64,000 bases of DNA from Gekko japonicus. Lineage: Eukaryota. Position 1 is the stretch's first letter, and every line of letters starts with the position of its first letter. The translations under genes were made by a program, and so were the position numbers. The notes under the pieces are model-generated. The model saw only the letters and a program-made list of their open reading frames with translations, made no database searches and was not told the origin of the DNA. Shown piece by piece: positions 48,397-60,879 of the stretch. Location of the stretch: assembly GCF_001447785.1 (NCBI RefSeq), contig NW_015176087.1, positions 30,411 to 94,410 of the forward strand, written 5' to 3'.

Positions 48397-49278
48397 TGTC
48401 AAGAACCTAGTCTCTTTAAGAAGTTTCTTGTTCGATTCAAACAATGGTTCAGACTAGGGCCTGGGGAAGATGGAAGTTTCTTTCTCTGAAACTATGGTCT
48501 AGCTGCTTGTAGCTTGAAAGTAAGATAAAGAAGATGGGATGTAACCCAGGTGCCTGTCTCACCATTAGGCCTAGCACTTTCAAGGACAAAAGAATCTAGG
48601 AGGGTACATTCCATCATGTTAGCACCTGAGCTCATAGGTGGGAGAAGGTGTTTATTTAATTGAATCCAATGCAGCTGCAGGGTGTTTGGTTTAACTGACA
48701 AACCCATCTGATTGGTCAAATCACTGGTTACCAACAGACTTGATTGGACAAGTGACATCATTTGCTATACATTTGATTGGTTAACTAGAATCAGGCCAAC
48801 ACAGGTCATTGAACATATAGAAAAAATGGTTCATTCTAGTTTTGTCCTGCATCTGGATTATATCTGATTCTGGGCCACTTTTTTTGTGGGTCATACTGAC
48901 AGGAAACTTTGTCTTGGTCTTTGGACCCCTATCGGACTCTATCTTCCAGGTGACATCTGGATCTTGGAAGAATGCTTGTAAATGTGCTCAGTTTTGATAT
49001 AGCATTATTATTTTTATCCCCACTGTTCTTTTATCAACTATTCCTGCACAATTTTATAATAAAACACTTATACTGTGTGGTATTCTTGAATTCAGCAGGC
49101 TTCAATCTGTATCTACTACTTTAACCTTTACTGGTTACAGCTACCAGATTTACTTTGTGAAACTTGCTTTGAAAGCATCCTACCTCGCAGGGGTGATTTT
49201 CTTGATCTTAGTCCCAGCAGGGCTGGAGGCTTTGTTCCTTGGTCTCCAGCTGTCTGGGTAGAAAAGGGGCTGATGACA
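48397..49278 (+). mobile_element. Solo LTR (copy in duplication B)
   Basis: tgtca..tgaca termini, CCAAT boxes, AATAAA near 49058. Confidence 0.75.
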
Positions 49279-49449
49279 GAAATGCTCAGAAGTGTGACCA
49301 CTTACAGTTCAGCATTTTGATTTTGTCCTGTTTGACNNNNNNNNNNNNNNNNNNNNNNNNNNNNNNNNNNNNNNNNNNNNNNNNNNNNNNNNNNCTCATG
49401 ACTTTGATATTATTTCTCTCATGACTTTGAACTCCTGCATAACCAGACA

Positions 49450-49690
49450 CAGACATACTGTGTTAATTATCAAGTTATGTTTGTTACAAAAACAGAATAA
49501 ATAATATAGCAAATGGAAAAGGGTTTCAGCCTCAGATCACAATTAAGTGAGTTGAACTCTTGGGAGTAAGTTGCCAAGCACAGGATACAAATGGATCTCT
49601 TTCTCATTTACACAGCCTTTTAGGTTTGGGTTAGACAGAAATTAGGAATGTACTTTGTAGCAAGTCCCACAAGCAGATGTAAGGAATTAG
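49450..49690 (+). promoter_or_regulatory. Candidate OR-6 promoter module (duplicate of 40435-40670)
   Basis: Same ordered motifs: gttaattatc, ctcttgggag, gatacaaat, gtaagg. Confidence 0.45.
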
Positions 49691-50639
49691 CAGCTGGAGA
49701 AGAAATTGAATCTGATGTTATCAAGGTTCCTATACATTTTCTCATTATATCATGTGCTTAGTATTGTCGATGTCTTTTGCTCACAGCTTCCATAGCTCTC
49801 TTCTATCCTTTGTTTAGTGTTTATAATTCATGCTACCCATCAATCTGACCATCTGAGCATATGGAATGAAGACCCAGTATCTGGAAATTCAGCTACAATC
49901 TCAGCAGAAATTGACACAGGAGATCCCAGGAAGGGTATTCAATCATTTATAATATTGGACAATCTATAAATGTGGGTCTTTGTGTGTATATGATTATTGA
50001 AGAACAGTGTTCTTTATAGAGAATGCTTTCCTAGCCAATTTGACTGTGATTTGCTTAACAAAACAAGAGATAGTTGAATAAAACCTTATAGCCAGGACTC
50101 TAGGTGTGAATTGGAAATTTGAGGGGGGGGTTAAAGCAGGGGGGGAAGTGAATGGGAAATGTGAGGGGGGGGGGGTTAAAGCAGGGGTGGATTTTAAGGT
50201 TCTTCTTTTTAGTAAGAAATGGAAGATAAAGAAGTATAAATGGTCGGTAGCAAGTCAACCTATGGAGCAAGTAGAGCATTTTAAATATTTATGAATCACC
50301 TTTCAAGCAAATCTTTCCTGGAAGGTGTCCTTGAATTCTGCTGTTAGAACCGCTATGGATACTGGGAAGGCCATCTCAAGATTTTATTATTCCATGGGTG
50401 TCCAATATGTTCCTGCTGCAGTTAAAGCATTCAACGCTAAAGTTGCTGGGCAGATATTATATGCAGTTGGGGTCTGGATCAGTGCAGTAACAGACAATAT
50501 TGACAGAACTCTATTAAGATTCCTACACAATATTCTGGGAACACCTCAGTGTGTGTCTGAAATAGCCCTGAGAACTGAAGTTGAGGAGATGCCTTATGAC
50601 GCAAAGGCCTGGGGGAAGAGCATTCAATTTGGAAATTAG

Positions 50640-50922
50640 GGCTGATTTTGCACTAGAGTTGCCTCAATGTTGCGCCGCTGTTTGCTCCGATACTATTGGT
50701 CAATTTCACACCCGAATCCGCGGGGCTGCATTTGACCTGCGGCTTCACCCGATTTCCTCCGCAGTTTCGTGATCCTCAAAAAACAGGATCACAAAACTGC
50801 GGGGGAAATCCGGCGAAGCCGCGAGTCAAAATGCAGCCCCACAGCTTCGGGTGTGAAATTGACCAATAGTATCGGGGCAAATGGCAGCGCAACATCGAGG
50901 CAGCTCTAGTGCGAAATCAGCC
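50640..50922. mobile_element. Fully palindromic (foldback) MITE, Harbinger-like (copy B only)
   Basis: ~137-bp inverted arms around a tcaaaaaac loop, 3-bp TSD TAG, empty site atTAGgactc at 41601-41610. Confidence 0.9.
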
Positions 50923-51484
50923 TAGGACTCGAAAATCAAACCTTTTGTGGTAGCAACCTTTAAGTTCTTTCATGTTTTCCTGTGGAACGAGGTTTATTGT
51001 GGGATGAGGTTTGCTGATTATGACTCCAGTTGCAAAAACAGTAAAGACAATAAGAAAAAGTAGTGGTGGATTTTAATATTACACTGGCAGATGGCAAGTT
51101 CTTCTCTCGGTCAATTAAGATTAAAAATCATTAACTTTTATATTATATAGAGAAATATATTTAATAATTATCCTTTTCTTTTTTTAAGTTTTAGTGTGAC
51201 ACTGTTTAGAGCCAAATAGGATATACAAATAGTATTGTTAAAATAAAGAAGAACAGTAGTCAAGTTACTTCTTCCCATGATCTATATCCTTTTAGTTGCT
51301 GTAGATTTTCCGGGTTATCCTTTTACTTTACTATTTGAAAGTGTTGCATTGAGTTAAATATTAGTTAAATATTGAGTTAAATACTAGTTAAAAATAAAAG
51401 TTACATCAGAGCCTTTAAGTATAGAATAAGAGTGTGGATCGGCGCTCAGGGAAGTATCCACTATACCAGTTTCCATGAATAGAT

Positions 51485-52049
51485 GGGGAATTTCAGACAG
51501 GTGATATCTCCCGATAGGGAACCGGTTTTCAACCGGGTTCTGGTCTGTCATTTCAGACAGAACTCGGTTGAGAATCGGTTCCCTACCGGGATGTAACTGC
51601 CATTTCACACACAAAAGCTTCAGTCCCGTTTAGGAACCAGGACTGAAGCGTCTTACCTGTCAACCGCTTCCTATCAGTCTCCAGCTCCCTCTCCCGGTTC
51701 GGATACGCTTCTTTCCTGCCTTTTTTCGGCCGCGCGGGCTTTTTTTTTTTTGAACATTCGATTTATAGCGTTATATCAACCCCATTGGAATGCATGGAGT
51801 GTTTTGTTATACCGCTATAGCGCTATAGTGCTCTAAAGCAAACGTTAAAAAAAAAAAGCCGTAGATCGCCCGTACGGTGGGGGGAAAGCAGGAAAAAGTG
51901 GTGCAGTCTGAAATGGGAAACCACTTCATATCCTGCTCTTTACTGGAAGGGGAAAGCCATGTGTGAAATGGCAGCCCTGTACCGGTTCAACTCATAATGG
52001 AAGACTCCCGGCTTGAAACCGGGAGAAACTGGGTAATGTGAAATTCCCT
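51485..52049. mobile_element. Harbinger-like MITE (copy B only)
   Basis: TIRs ggggaatttca / tgaaattccct, 3-bp TSD GAT, empty site gaataGATcatt near 42647. Confidence 0.82.
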
Positions 52050-52421
52050 GATCATTCTGAATCCACAATGTAAATGCAAGCACAAGTTACAGACACATAC
52101 AGTGACTTTCTGAAGTTTGATATAGTTTCAGATCCAGTGGCCAGAATCTATAAGCATGGAAGTCATACAAGCTTAGGTCGCTGCAATATAAAATGAGGAG
52201 GATGTGTTTGAGGACAGCAGGGGAGAGATCTTGTTCCCTGTCTATTTTGTCCCTGGTGAAGAATATCCCATTTCCCCCACATTCAATTCAATGCAAGGCT
52301 GTCTCATAGACTGAGATGATGAAACAAGGAACCCAGACAAATTGTTAATTGATATTACAGGAATAAAATGGTTTCTCTAACGTGTCCTACAGACAGATTA
52401 CAGCTGGATATTGAGGACACA

Positions 52422-52966
52422 ATGCCCAACCTTACCTCCACATCTGAATTTCTGCTCCTGGAATTTTCAGACATCCGAGAACTACAGATCTTACATTTCT
52501 TTGTCTTCTTAGCAGTATACCTGACTGCAGTGACTGGCAATCTTCTCATCATCATTGCTGTAGCCCTTGATCATCACCTGCACACCCCCATGTACTTTTT
52601 TCTCATGAACCTGGCACTTCTGGATCTTGGCTTGGTTTCCGTCATGGTACCCAAAGCGATGGCCAATTCCCTCCTGAACACCAGGTCCATTTCTTATTCC
52701 GCATGTGTGGCTCAAGTATTTTTCTACTTCTTACTTGCAGGATCAGATTTTGCCATCTTAACAATAATGGCACATGATCGGTATGTCGCCATCTGTAATC
52801 CATTGCAATATGAGACAATCATGAACAGAGGAGCCTGCATTCAGATGGCAGTCAGTGCATGGATTGCAGGTATACTCTTTGGTATCTTACACAGTGGAGG
52901 AACTTTTGCCATCACCTTCTGCTCTAACAGGATCAATCAGTTCTTCTGTGAAGTCCCACAGATTCT
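52422..52966 (+). CDS. Olfactory receptor OR-6, paralog of OR-5; 5' part only, interrupted by assembly gap
   Basis: 181 readable codons with 12 aa differences from OR-5 and no stop or frameshift before the N-run at 52967. Intact versus pseudogene status cannot be determined. Confidence 0.9.
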
Positions 52967-53700
52967 NNNNNNNNNNNNNNNNNNNNNNNNNNNNNNNNNN
53001 NNNNNNNNNNNNNNNNNNNNNNNNNNNNNNNNNNNNNNNNNNNNNNNNNNNNNNNNNNNNNTGAATATGCGTCCCCACCCGCAGTTTCCTGCCAGTGTGA
53101 CCGGAGCCTTAGAAGGCTTTTTGTGCTGACAAAAAGAGGTCATCGGTCCAACCAAATAATTCCATTTATTAGAGAGAGCGAGAGAGGGAGAGAGAGAATG
53201 AGATCTCACCCTTCCCATGTTTCCTTTGGTTTGCTATTTTGCAGANNNNNNNNNNNNNNNNNNNNNNNNNNNNNNNNNNNNNNNNNNNNNNNNNNNNNNN
53301 NNNNNNNNNNNNNNNNNNNNNNNNNNNNNNNNNNNNNNNNNNNNNNNNNNNNNNNNNNNNNNNNNNNNNNNNNNNNNNNNNNNNNNNNNNNNNNNNNNNN
53401 NNNNNNNNNNNNNNNNNNNNNNGCTGAGAGCATCAGAGATGAAGTGCTTGCAAGTGGTGGGAAAAAGTGCTCTCAGGATGGTGGCAGAGGAGGTATGTAG
53501 CCCTGACAGATGCCCCACCTCTGATGCCAACCTTGATAGTAGAGGTTTTGGGTTTCCCCTTTTCCCCTGTGAGAGATGAGTATGTTGGGGCTTTCATATA
53601 GAATGGGATGCATCCCAAACAAGTAACTGCAGTGAGGAGGAGGAAGACTTCTGGAGCACCCCACCTACCTCTGGTGCCATCGGGGCTTCTGCGTCTCTTT

Positions 53701-54219
53701 GGCTGCGGTCACATGGAACATTAGCCACGCAAGAGAGATGGAAGACAGGCGAAGTTTCCGGGCGCGATCTCACTGGCACATCTGGGAAGCGTAGCGCTTC
53801 CGTGGCACAACCAAGGCTTCCTGCCGAAAACACGCAGCAAAAAACTAGTACCTCAGATGTACTTGTTTCCAGAAACTGCGGGGCAAGGGCGGGCGTCTGA
53901 TCGCGTTTCCGGTGGCATCCGCGCCTGCCCATGTCCCCTTGCGGAAAAGGTTTTTTTCCCCCTCAAGTCTCCATGGATGCGCACACGCACCCAACGGAGC
54001 ATGGACATTCGTTGTGTACACAAAAAAAGAAAACCAGTTTGCCGCACCGCGCGCTTCTTCGTTGCGTGCAGGCGTATCTTGTGATCAGCACCTCTCCCTA
54101 CCCACGGAACCTCTACAGAACCTCCATGGAAGGTGTGATCGCTTAACTGCGTGTTAGTTTGCCCCGGGGCAAACAGCCACGCCTCCCCCCCGCAGTTTCC
54201 TGCCCGTGTGACCGGAGCC
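53701..54219. mobile_element. Harbinger-like MITE (copy B only), same family as 31079-31602
   Basis: TIRs ggctgcggtcacatgg / ccgtgtgaccggagcc. Empty site tctcTTAgaagg near 44748. Confidence 0.85.
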
Positions 54220-55187
54220 TAATAATTCCATTTATTAGAGAGAGCGAGAGAGGGAGAGAGAGAATGAGATCTCACCCTTCCCATGTTTCCTTTGGTTTGC
54301 TATTTTGCAGTCTTACAAGAAAGCACAAAACAGGACACAGGACATGTACTGGGGGGGATCACAAATCAATGTGCAATTTTTTTGAGAAATTAAAATATGA
54401 AACTAAAGTGTGTTCATCTGAACCTATTGTATTTCATGCTGATCAAATCCTACCTTGTATTCAGGAAGGGATATAGTTAATCAGGTTTGTATCTGTAATG
54501 TATGGTCCATTTTTCATTGGCATGCAGTGGCAACAGTTTCAGCCTTGGATCTGGGAGGCCTTGGTTCAAATCCCTACTCTTCCATAAAGCACAATGGATG
54601 ACATTCAGCCAGTCACTCTCTTTCAGCTTATTCTACCTCATGGGGCTGTTGAGGGAATAAAGTGAGGAAGAGGGAAACAATGTTTGCAACCTGAGCTTCC
54701 TGGAGCAAGGGCAGGACAGAAATGTACTAAACCAAACTTAACAATGCTTTACTATTACTGGTAAAATAAAGATTTTCTCAATAAATGTATCCAATATTAT
54801 TTTTAATTATATACACAGTGCTCTGTCAAACCCCAGCTACAGAAATCATATAAATTTACAGGAGGAAGATAAGGGGGCATGCCACCACTTGGAGTGTCAG
54901 CTCCGTGTTCTCTCTCACAGCGATTTTTGAGCTTCACTGTCAAAACTAGTGTTCAGTTCAAATAGGTTGTCCTTGTGGTCCCATGCTAAAATTCATGAAA
55001 GTTTACATGAGATGTCTAACATCTTAGGCTGAAAACCTTTTTTTGTTGTTGTTGTTTCAAATTCACCAACAATATATAGCTTTGTAAAGTAATGATGGTG
55101 AATCTACACAAAAGAAACAGTCTGCCTCATGCCAAAGTGTGTTTTCAAGTTCTGGGTGTCTTAGTATTGTGAAACATGGTGACCTCT

Positions 55188-57837
55188 TGTTAGAGAATGA
55201 GATTGACATTTGCTTTATGGGCTATATTTATTGCTACACACAATGGACTGTGCACACACACATAGGCTCAAAAGGCTGTACACTATAAGACACCTGTTGT
55301 GATACTATACATAGAAGGTGCATGCACATGCCTTACATGTGAATAAGGTTTCAGCTACACAGTTACCCAGCCTGGTGAAGAAGCACAAACCTCCATTAGT
55401 GTGAGCAATGAGAAAACAACAGCTTGAGAAGAGAAAGCCCCCATTGCAGAAATAGTTGTGGTCACGTACTACCCATCACTGCTTTGTTCCTGAGAAGGCA
55501 TTTCCTGCCAAATGGACAGTTGGTTTTCAATAGAATGGCCAGCTTCATCAACACTACAATGGAGCATCTTGATGCCAGAGTTTCACACCTGTCCAGATGC
55601 CATCCTTTGAGTAAGGTTTTAGATTTCAATATTGGCCACTCCTTATAGGTAACCTCCCACTCCTATTTGCAACCAATAGGATTGTTTTTGGGACGGACTA
55701 ACAGGTAGGTGGGTCAAGAGATAATAACTAAAAATTGTATAGAGAAGATGAATAAAGAATTACAAGAGGTGTCAAAGATGGAGGTAGTTAAAAAAGTGAA
55801 GTATTTAGGGATTACAATTTCAAACCGTAATATAACCCTAATAGAAGATAACTATAATAAGCTTCTTAAGAATATCAAAAGAGATTTAGAGATTTGGAAA
55901 GATTTGAAGATTTCCCTGATGGGAAGAATAGCGGTTATTAAAATGAATATTCTACCCAGATTTCTGTTCTTGGCACAAAATTTGCCGGTATTAAGAAAAG
56001 CTAGGTATTGTACTGAGTGGGACAATATTTGCAATAAATTTATATGGGACAGTAAAAAACCAAGAATTAAACGGAAATATCTGCAAGATAAAAAGGAAAA
56101 AGGAGGATTCGGGGTACCAAACTGGAGAGTATATTATAAAGCAGCTGCACTAACTTGGATTAAAGATTGGGTGACTTTAGACAATGACAGACTGTTGAAA
56201 CTGGAAGGATTTAATCTAGCCACGGGATGGCATAATTATATTTGGTACCAGGAAGCAAAGGTTGCAAGAAATTTTATGCAGCATACTATAAGAGGAGCGC
56301 TGATGGATGTATGGAAGGAGATAAAAATAAGACATTATCTAAAGACGCCCAAATGGGTGGCACCTATAGAGGCAATAACAATACCAACCCTGATGGAGAC
56401 AAAAAAGAAATTTACATATGATGAATTATTAGAGAGAAATAACAATATAAAGACAGATGAACAGCTGAAAAAACATAATATAATCTTGACCTGGTGGGAT
56501 AGAACTCAAATTAATGCTAGACTTAATATAGACAAAAAAAGAGGTTTCTATGAAGAAAAAAATGAGCTGGACAAGATCTGGCTTTCCTCCAATGATAAAA
56601 TGATGCAAAAATTATATAAAATGCAACTGGAAGAGTATCTAATGGGAGATCTGATTAAAAATACAATGTTGACATGGTCTAAGGACTTGGGGGAAGATAT
56701 AAAAGTAGAACAATGGGTTAAAGTCTGGCAATCAATAAAATTAATGCGAGCTATTCCACTTAAAGAAAACATTTACAAAATGTTTTATAGATGGCATTGG
56801 ACGCCGGAGAAATTAGCGAAATGCTACGCTAATGCAAATAGAAATTGTTGGAAATGTAAAAATAATGTTGGCACGTATATGCATATGTGGTGGAGATGCG
56901 ATAAAGTTCAGCATTATTGGAAAAGAGTATATAAAATAATTAACGCAATCATGGTCATACAAATACCATTTAAACCAGAGGTAGCTTTGTTGAATATATT
57001 CCCAGATGAGATAAGTAATAATGATAAATATGTTATGTTAAACTGCTTCTCAGCAGCGAGAATTTTATTAGCAAAAATGTGGAAGGAGGAAAAAGTACCT
57101 TCAGATAAAGAGATAATAGATAAAATTCTGTATGTAGTCGAAATGGATAGATTAACTGTAAGACTACAATGTAAAAGCAGAGTGATATTTGAAAAAAGAT
57201 GGAAACCATTTTATACTTGGCTGGAAAATGTAAAAAAAAAATAAGACTCGCAAGCATAAAATGTAAACCGAAAATGGGTGTATATATAACAAAATGAAAA
57301 TAAACTATTAAAAAAAAAAAGAGGTTGGCACAGCCACAACCCATCTCTTGAACCCTCTATAAAAGGAAAGGACCATTCACCTGGCCCTTCCTAGCTAGCA
57401 ACCCCTGCAACAACCCCCGTCTGCTTTTTACTCCCCTTAAGTCCCACTTGCTATCCCCAACCCTTGCCTCCACTGCCCACTCGTTCTGGCTGGTTCTGGT
57501 CGTGTGTGAATTCCCTTAGTTTTCTATTTCTTCCCATCCATTCTTCATTGGAACAACCAAGCTGCAAGACAGATAAGTATTGCCCACCATCACCCCTACC
57601 TGGTAATGCAACCGTGCTTATTTTAATACTGTATTTCTAAGGAACTTGATTGAATGTGTGAGTGAATCAGTATTTTTTGTATGAGATTTATATTCTTAAG
57701 TAAAAGACATCTATTCTAACTACAACAGCCTCAAAATCTTTTACTGGTAACCCTTGGTGGGAACAGGACCTTGGTATGGTTGGCAAGGACCCATTAATAA
57801 ATTGCCAATTGCTGTAAATAAAGCAATTTGGCTAACA
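55188..57837 (+). mobile_element. Solo LTR (~1 kb, copy B only) interrupted by an L1
   Basis: Termini tgttag..ctaaca, 4-bp TSD ctct (55184-55187, 57838-57841), TATA-like ctataaaa near 57357, empty site gacCTCTcac at 45901-45910. Confidence 0.88.
55709..57320 (+). mobile_element. L1 LINE, 5'-truncated, ORF2 C-terminal 511 codons open
   Basis: KYLGITI, SLMGRIAVIKMNILPRFLFL, GGFGVPN, CWKC..GTYMHMWWRC. AATAAA at 57299 followed by an A-tail. Confidence 0.93.
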
Positions 57838-58539
57838 CTCTCACACAACATTTTTTTTTATTTACTTCCAATTTACTTGCAAGTCAACAAAAATAGTGGG
57901 ATACTTTTTTACCATGAGATATATGGGGAACTTGGCTTGGGTAGAAATATACCCCATGCAATATGCAATATGTTGTTGTTTTTTAAGATGGTTTGAGGGT
58001 TCACTCTAAAAACACTGTGAGGTTGTAGCAGCTCCCCAGTTGTACTTGTTTGGCAGAATGCAAAGGTAAGTGTCTCTAGAACCTGTCCTTCTTTGGACAT
58101 TGTCACCTGTACAGTAGTGAACCATATCCCTACTAGGGATGGGCACAAACTGGGAAAATCGAGGTTTGTTTTGGTTTGTGGTTGTAAGGTCATATGAGCC
58201 ACAAACCTTCACAAAGTTTCCCATTTACTGAACAGGTTTGGTTCATAAGATTTGTGATGGTAGACTGCCCCCCCTCATGCTGCAGGTTCAGGAATGTGTT
58301 GAATGCCACCTGGCAAGCTAGAGGCATCAAACTTGCAGAGGATGTCCCCAGTAATCCCCTCTACCTATCCTCCAAGTTGAGTGCAGATTGGCTTTTGGGG
58401 GTGAGTAGAAGCCCCCCAAAGTAGGTGCCCCCAGGAAAGTTGGGAAATCACAGAGGGGTCAGTAGTGTATTGAACAGACCTTGTGCAAGCTAGAAGCATC
58501 AAACTTGCAGTGGACTTCCTCAGGATGCCCCTCTATGAA

Positions 58540-58865
58540 AGGTGGGGAGATCTAGTGCAGTGTAAAGTTGGAAAGCCACACTGCAGATCAGGCACAGCAA
58601 GGGCAGCTGATGATGCTAAGCCGGGGGGTGAGCGCGCAGAGGTGCAGAAGTTGAGGATCTTAGGGTCCAAGGTGCAAAGGGGGGATCTAGCACAGGAGGA
58701 GGTGGAAAATTGGAAAATCAAGTTGATGGGCAGGTACAGCAAGGGGAACTGATGATGCCAAGCCTGATGAGTGAGTGCCCAGAGGTGCAGAAGTCAAGGA
58801 TCTTGGGGTCCAAAGTGCAAAAGGGGGAAGGTCTAGTGTAGGAGAGAGGTGGAAAGTTGGAAGAC
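58540..58865. repeat. Diverged ~140-bp tandem repeat (about 2.3 units)
   Basis: gatctag..aaagttggaaa..cagg.acagcaaggg..ctgatgatgc.aagcc..agaggtgcagaagt..aggatctt.gggtccaa.gtgcaaa recurs. Confidence 0.8.
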
Positions 58866-60879
58866 CAAGACAAGGTGTGGTGCTCCGAGGAAAGTGCTCT
58901 CTGGGGAAATCACAGCTGCAGGTTGAGGACTTCACAGTGTATACAATGGAACCCCTGCAAGGCTGAGGCATAAAACCTGCAGCACATGTCCACGGGGAGT
59001 TCTCTTATTGGTGGACAGCACTGCTTGTTGCACTTTGGAGGGCCACTATTGGTGTTTAAAGGGCTGCAGAAGTACATTCCCCAATTGCTTTGAAAATTAA
59101 TTCCTTGGTGCTAGTGTGTCTGCCTCATGAATCAGCATGAATCGCATGAACCTCCATGAAAACCATGGAGGCTCATGGAAGGTTTATTGCAGGTGTGATT
59201 GCAGGACCCCCTGCTTATGAACCGCAAACTGGGCAAATTTTGTGATGAATTTAGGTTCATGATGAGGATCCTTCCAATCCGTAGTCATTACAGTACAGCC
59301 ACATCACTCACAAATTACTATTTAAAAAACCAACCAAACAAACAAAACCTGAGATAGAAAAAAACTCAGGATGTGTATGTTAGCATAGTTTTTATACCCC
59401 ATGAGTTTATTATTCAGGGAGCAATCTTTCAGTTCTCTACAGAGATATAGCTTTTCTGACAATATGAAACCCTTCCAAACAATGTGGAGAATACTTCTGT
59501 CACCACAGAACTATAGATTTTTGACGTAGATCAAGAATCCAAAGTACAAACATGAGAAATTATTATTTTAGATATTTTCCTTTAACCCTGTTTTCAAGAT
59601 ATCATTTTTTCCCATTTTGCAAAGTAAAACTATGATTATTTAGTTTTGTAATGTTTGCTGTTTCCTCACAGTAAATTATTGTATTAAAATTCTGCATGTT
59701 GACTATTTTTTTAGTCATCAGTAAATCAGGATAATGAATTGCATCCAGATGTCGGCCAGCAGAAGATGCTTTCAGATGTAGTTCTTTGCCACATTCTTCT
59801 CACCACCACTCCCTTCTGATGGAGGAGGGGTCATTGCCTTGGTCATGATCCATCCACTACAAACTAATAGCTGTGCATGTCAAGGGGGCTGTACTGAGAA
59901 GGAGGTAAACAGAAATTCCTCCTCTTCCTTCTGTCCTCAGGAGAGCTGCATCAGCAGAAGAGGTAAGAGGATGAAATTTCTTCCTTTTTCTTCTCCTCAG
60001 TAACCACAAAGCATTGAGGTGGTTTATTTACATGGGTCCTACAATCCTGGAAATTAACTTTCCTGCCATTGGAAGGAAATGCTATGTGGAGCAGGGGGGG
60101 AAACGAACACCTATTCCTTGATGTAATCCTGTGTATGTGTAACTCTGTGTGTGTGTGTGTGTGTGTGTGTTCTATGTACAAATTATAGACATTGTATGCT
60201 ACATGATTTTTTTGCCTCTAGAAACCCTGGGACGGCCATCTTTCATTTCAGAAATGTAGTGTTTTTATTAGTCTTTTTACTAGTTTTAAATCTTTTCTTT
60301 TCTGTTTTCAGATGCTGTGTTAGGGCATCGTTATGAGGAACCTAACTGGCATACACAAACGAAAATCCTGGAATTTTCAGACCTTCAGCTCTCTGGGTCT
60401 GATCTGGAAGATCTGAGTTAGATTTTGAAACTGTCATCTAAATCTAAGGAATTAGTGTTGTTTTCACAGATTAATAATAAATCCAACCACAACTAGGTGT
60501 ATATGTCTGGGTCCCTTCCCAACATGACCACACTGAATCACAGTATTTCCTTATAGATGAGAGAGGACAGAAAGCTCTCCGACAGTTCAGCATCTTCCCT
60601 TATACCTACATGGCGAGTAAAGGGGAAGGGTGTTGATGAACATTTCTCTGCACAGGCATAATGTGTCAGCGAAGAAAAGCAAGATGTGATGAGAATACCA
60701 AGGTAAGCTTGGAATCAGTGTGATCTGTCTAGCCATTGGCAAAATTCTTGGGAGACTCAAAGAAGGTCCCTAAAAATGTTGTGGGAGCTTTCCTATGGGT
60801 GCATGGAGGCAAAAAGGAAGAATTAATACTGTGATAGAAATAGATTTTGCTTAGATGTGTTTGGTCTTACTTCATGCAC

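Larger units (their letters stand above)
48371..59970 (+). repeat. Tandem segmental duplication, copy B (contains OR-6)
   Basis: Colinear with copy A. Longer because of copy-specific MITE, LTR and L1 insertions. Confidence 0.92.

Noticed and set aside
39524-49278. Two similar LTRs as ends of one 9.7-kb retroelement carrying OR-5
   Set aside because: Both LTRs share homologous flanks on both sides, so they are one solo LTR copied by the segmental duplication. No gag/pol lies between them.
55709-57244. 511-aa ORF as a host gene
   Set aside because: It is a 5'-truncated L1 ORF2 with an A-tail, absent from the paralogous site.
59900-60020. Chain of apparent 18-22 nt micro-exons resembling butyrophilin/BG heptad exons
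   Set aside because: The implied introns are only 36 and 38 nt, below the vertebrate minimum. It looks like a diverged ~60-bp repeat and copy A does not keep the second donor.
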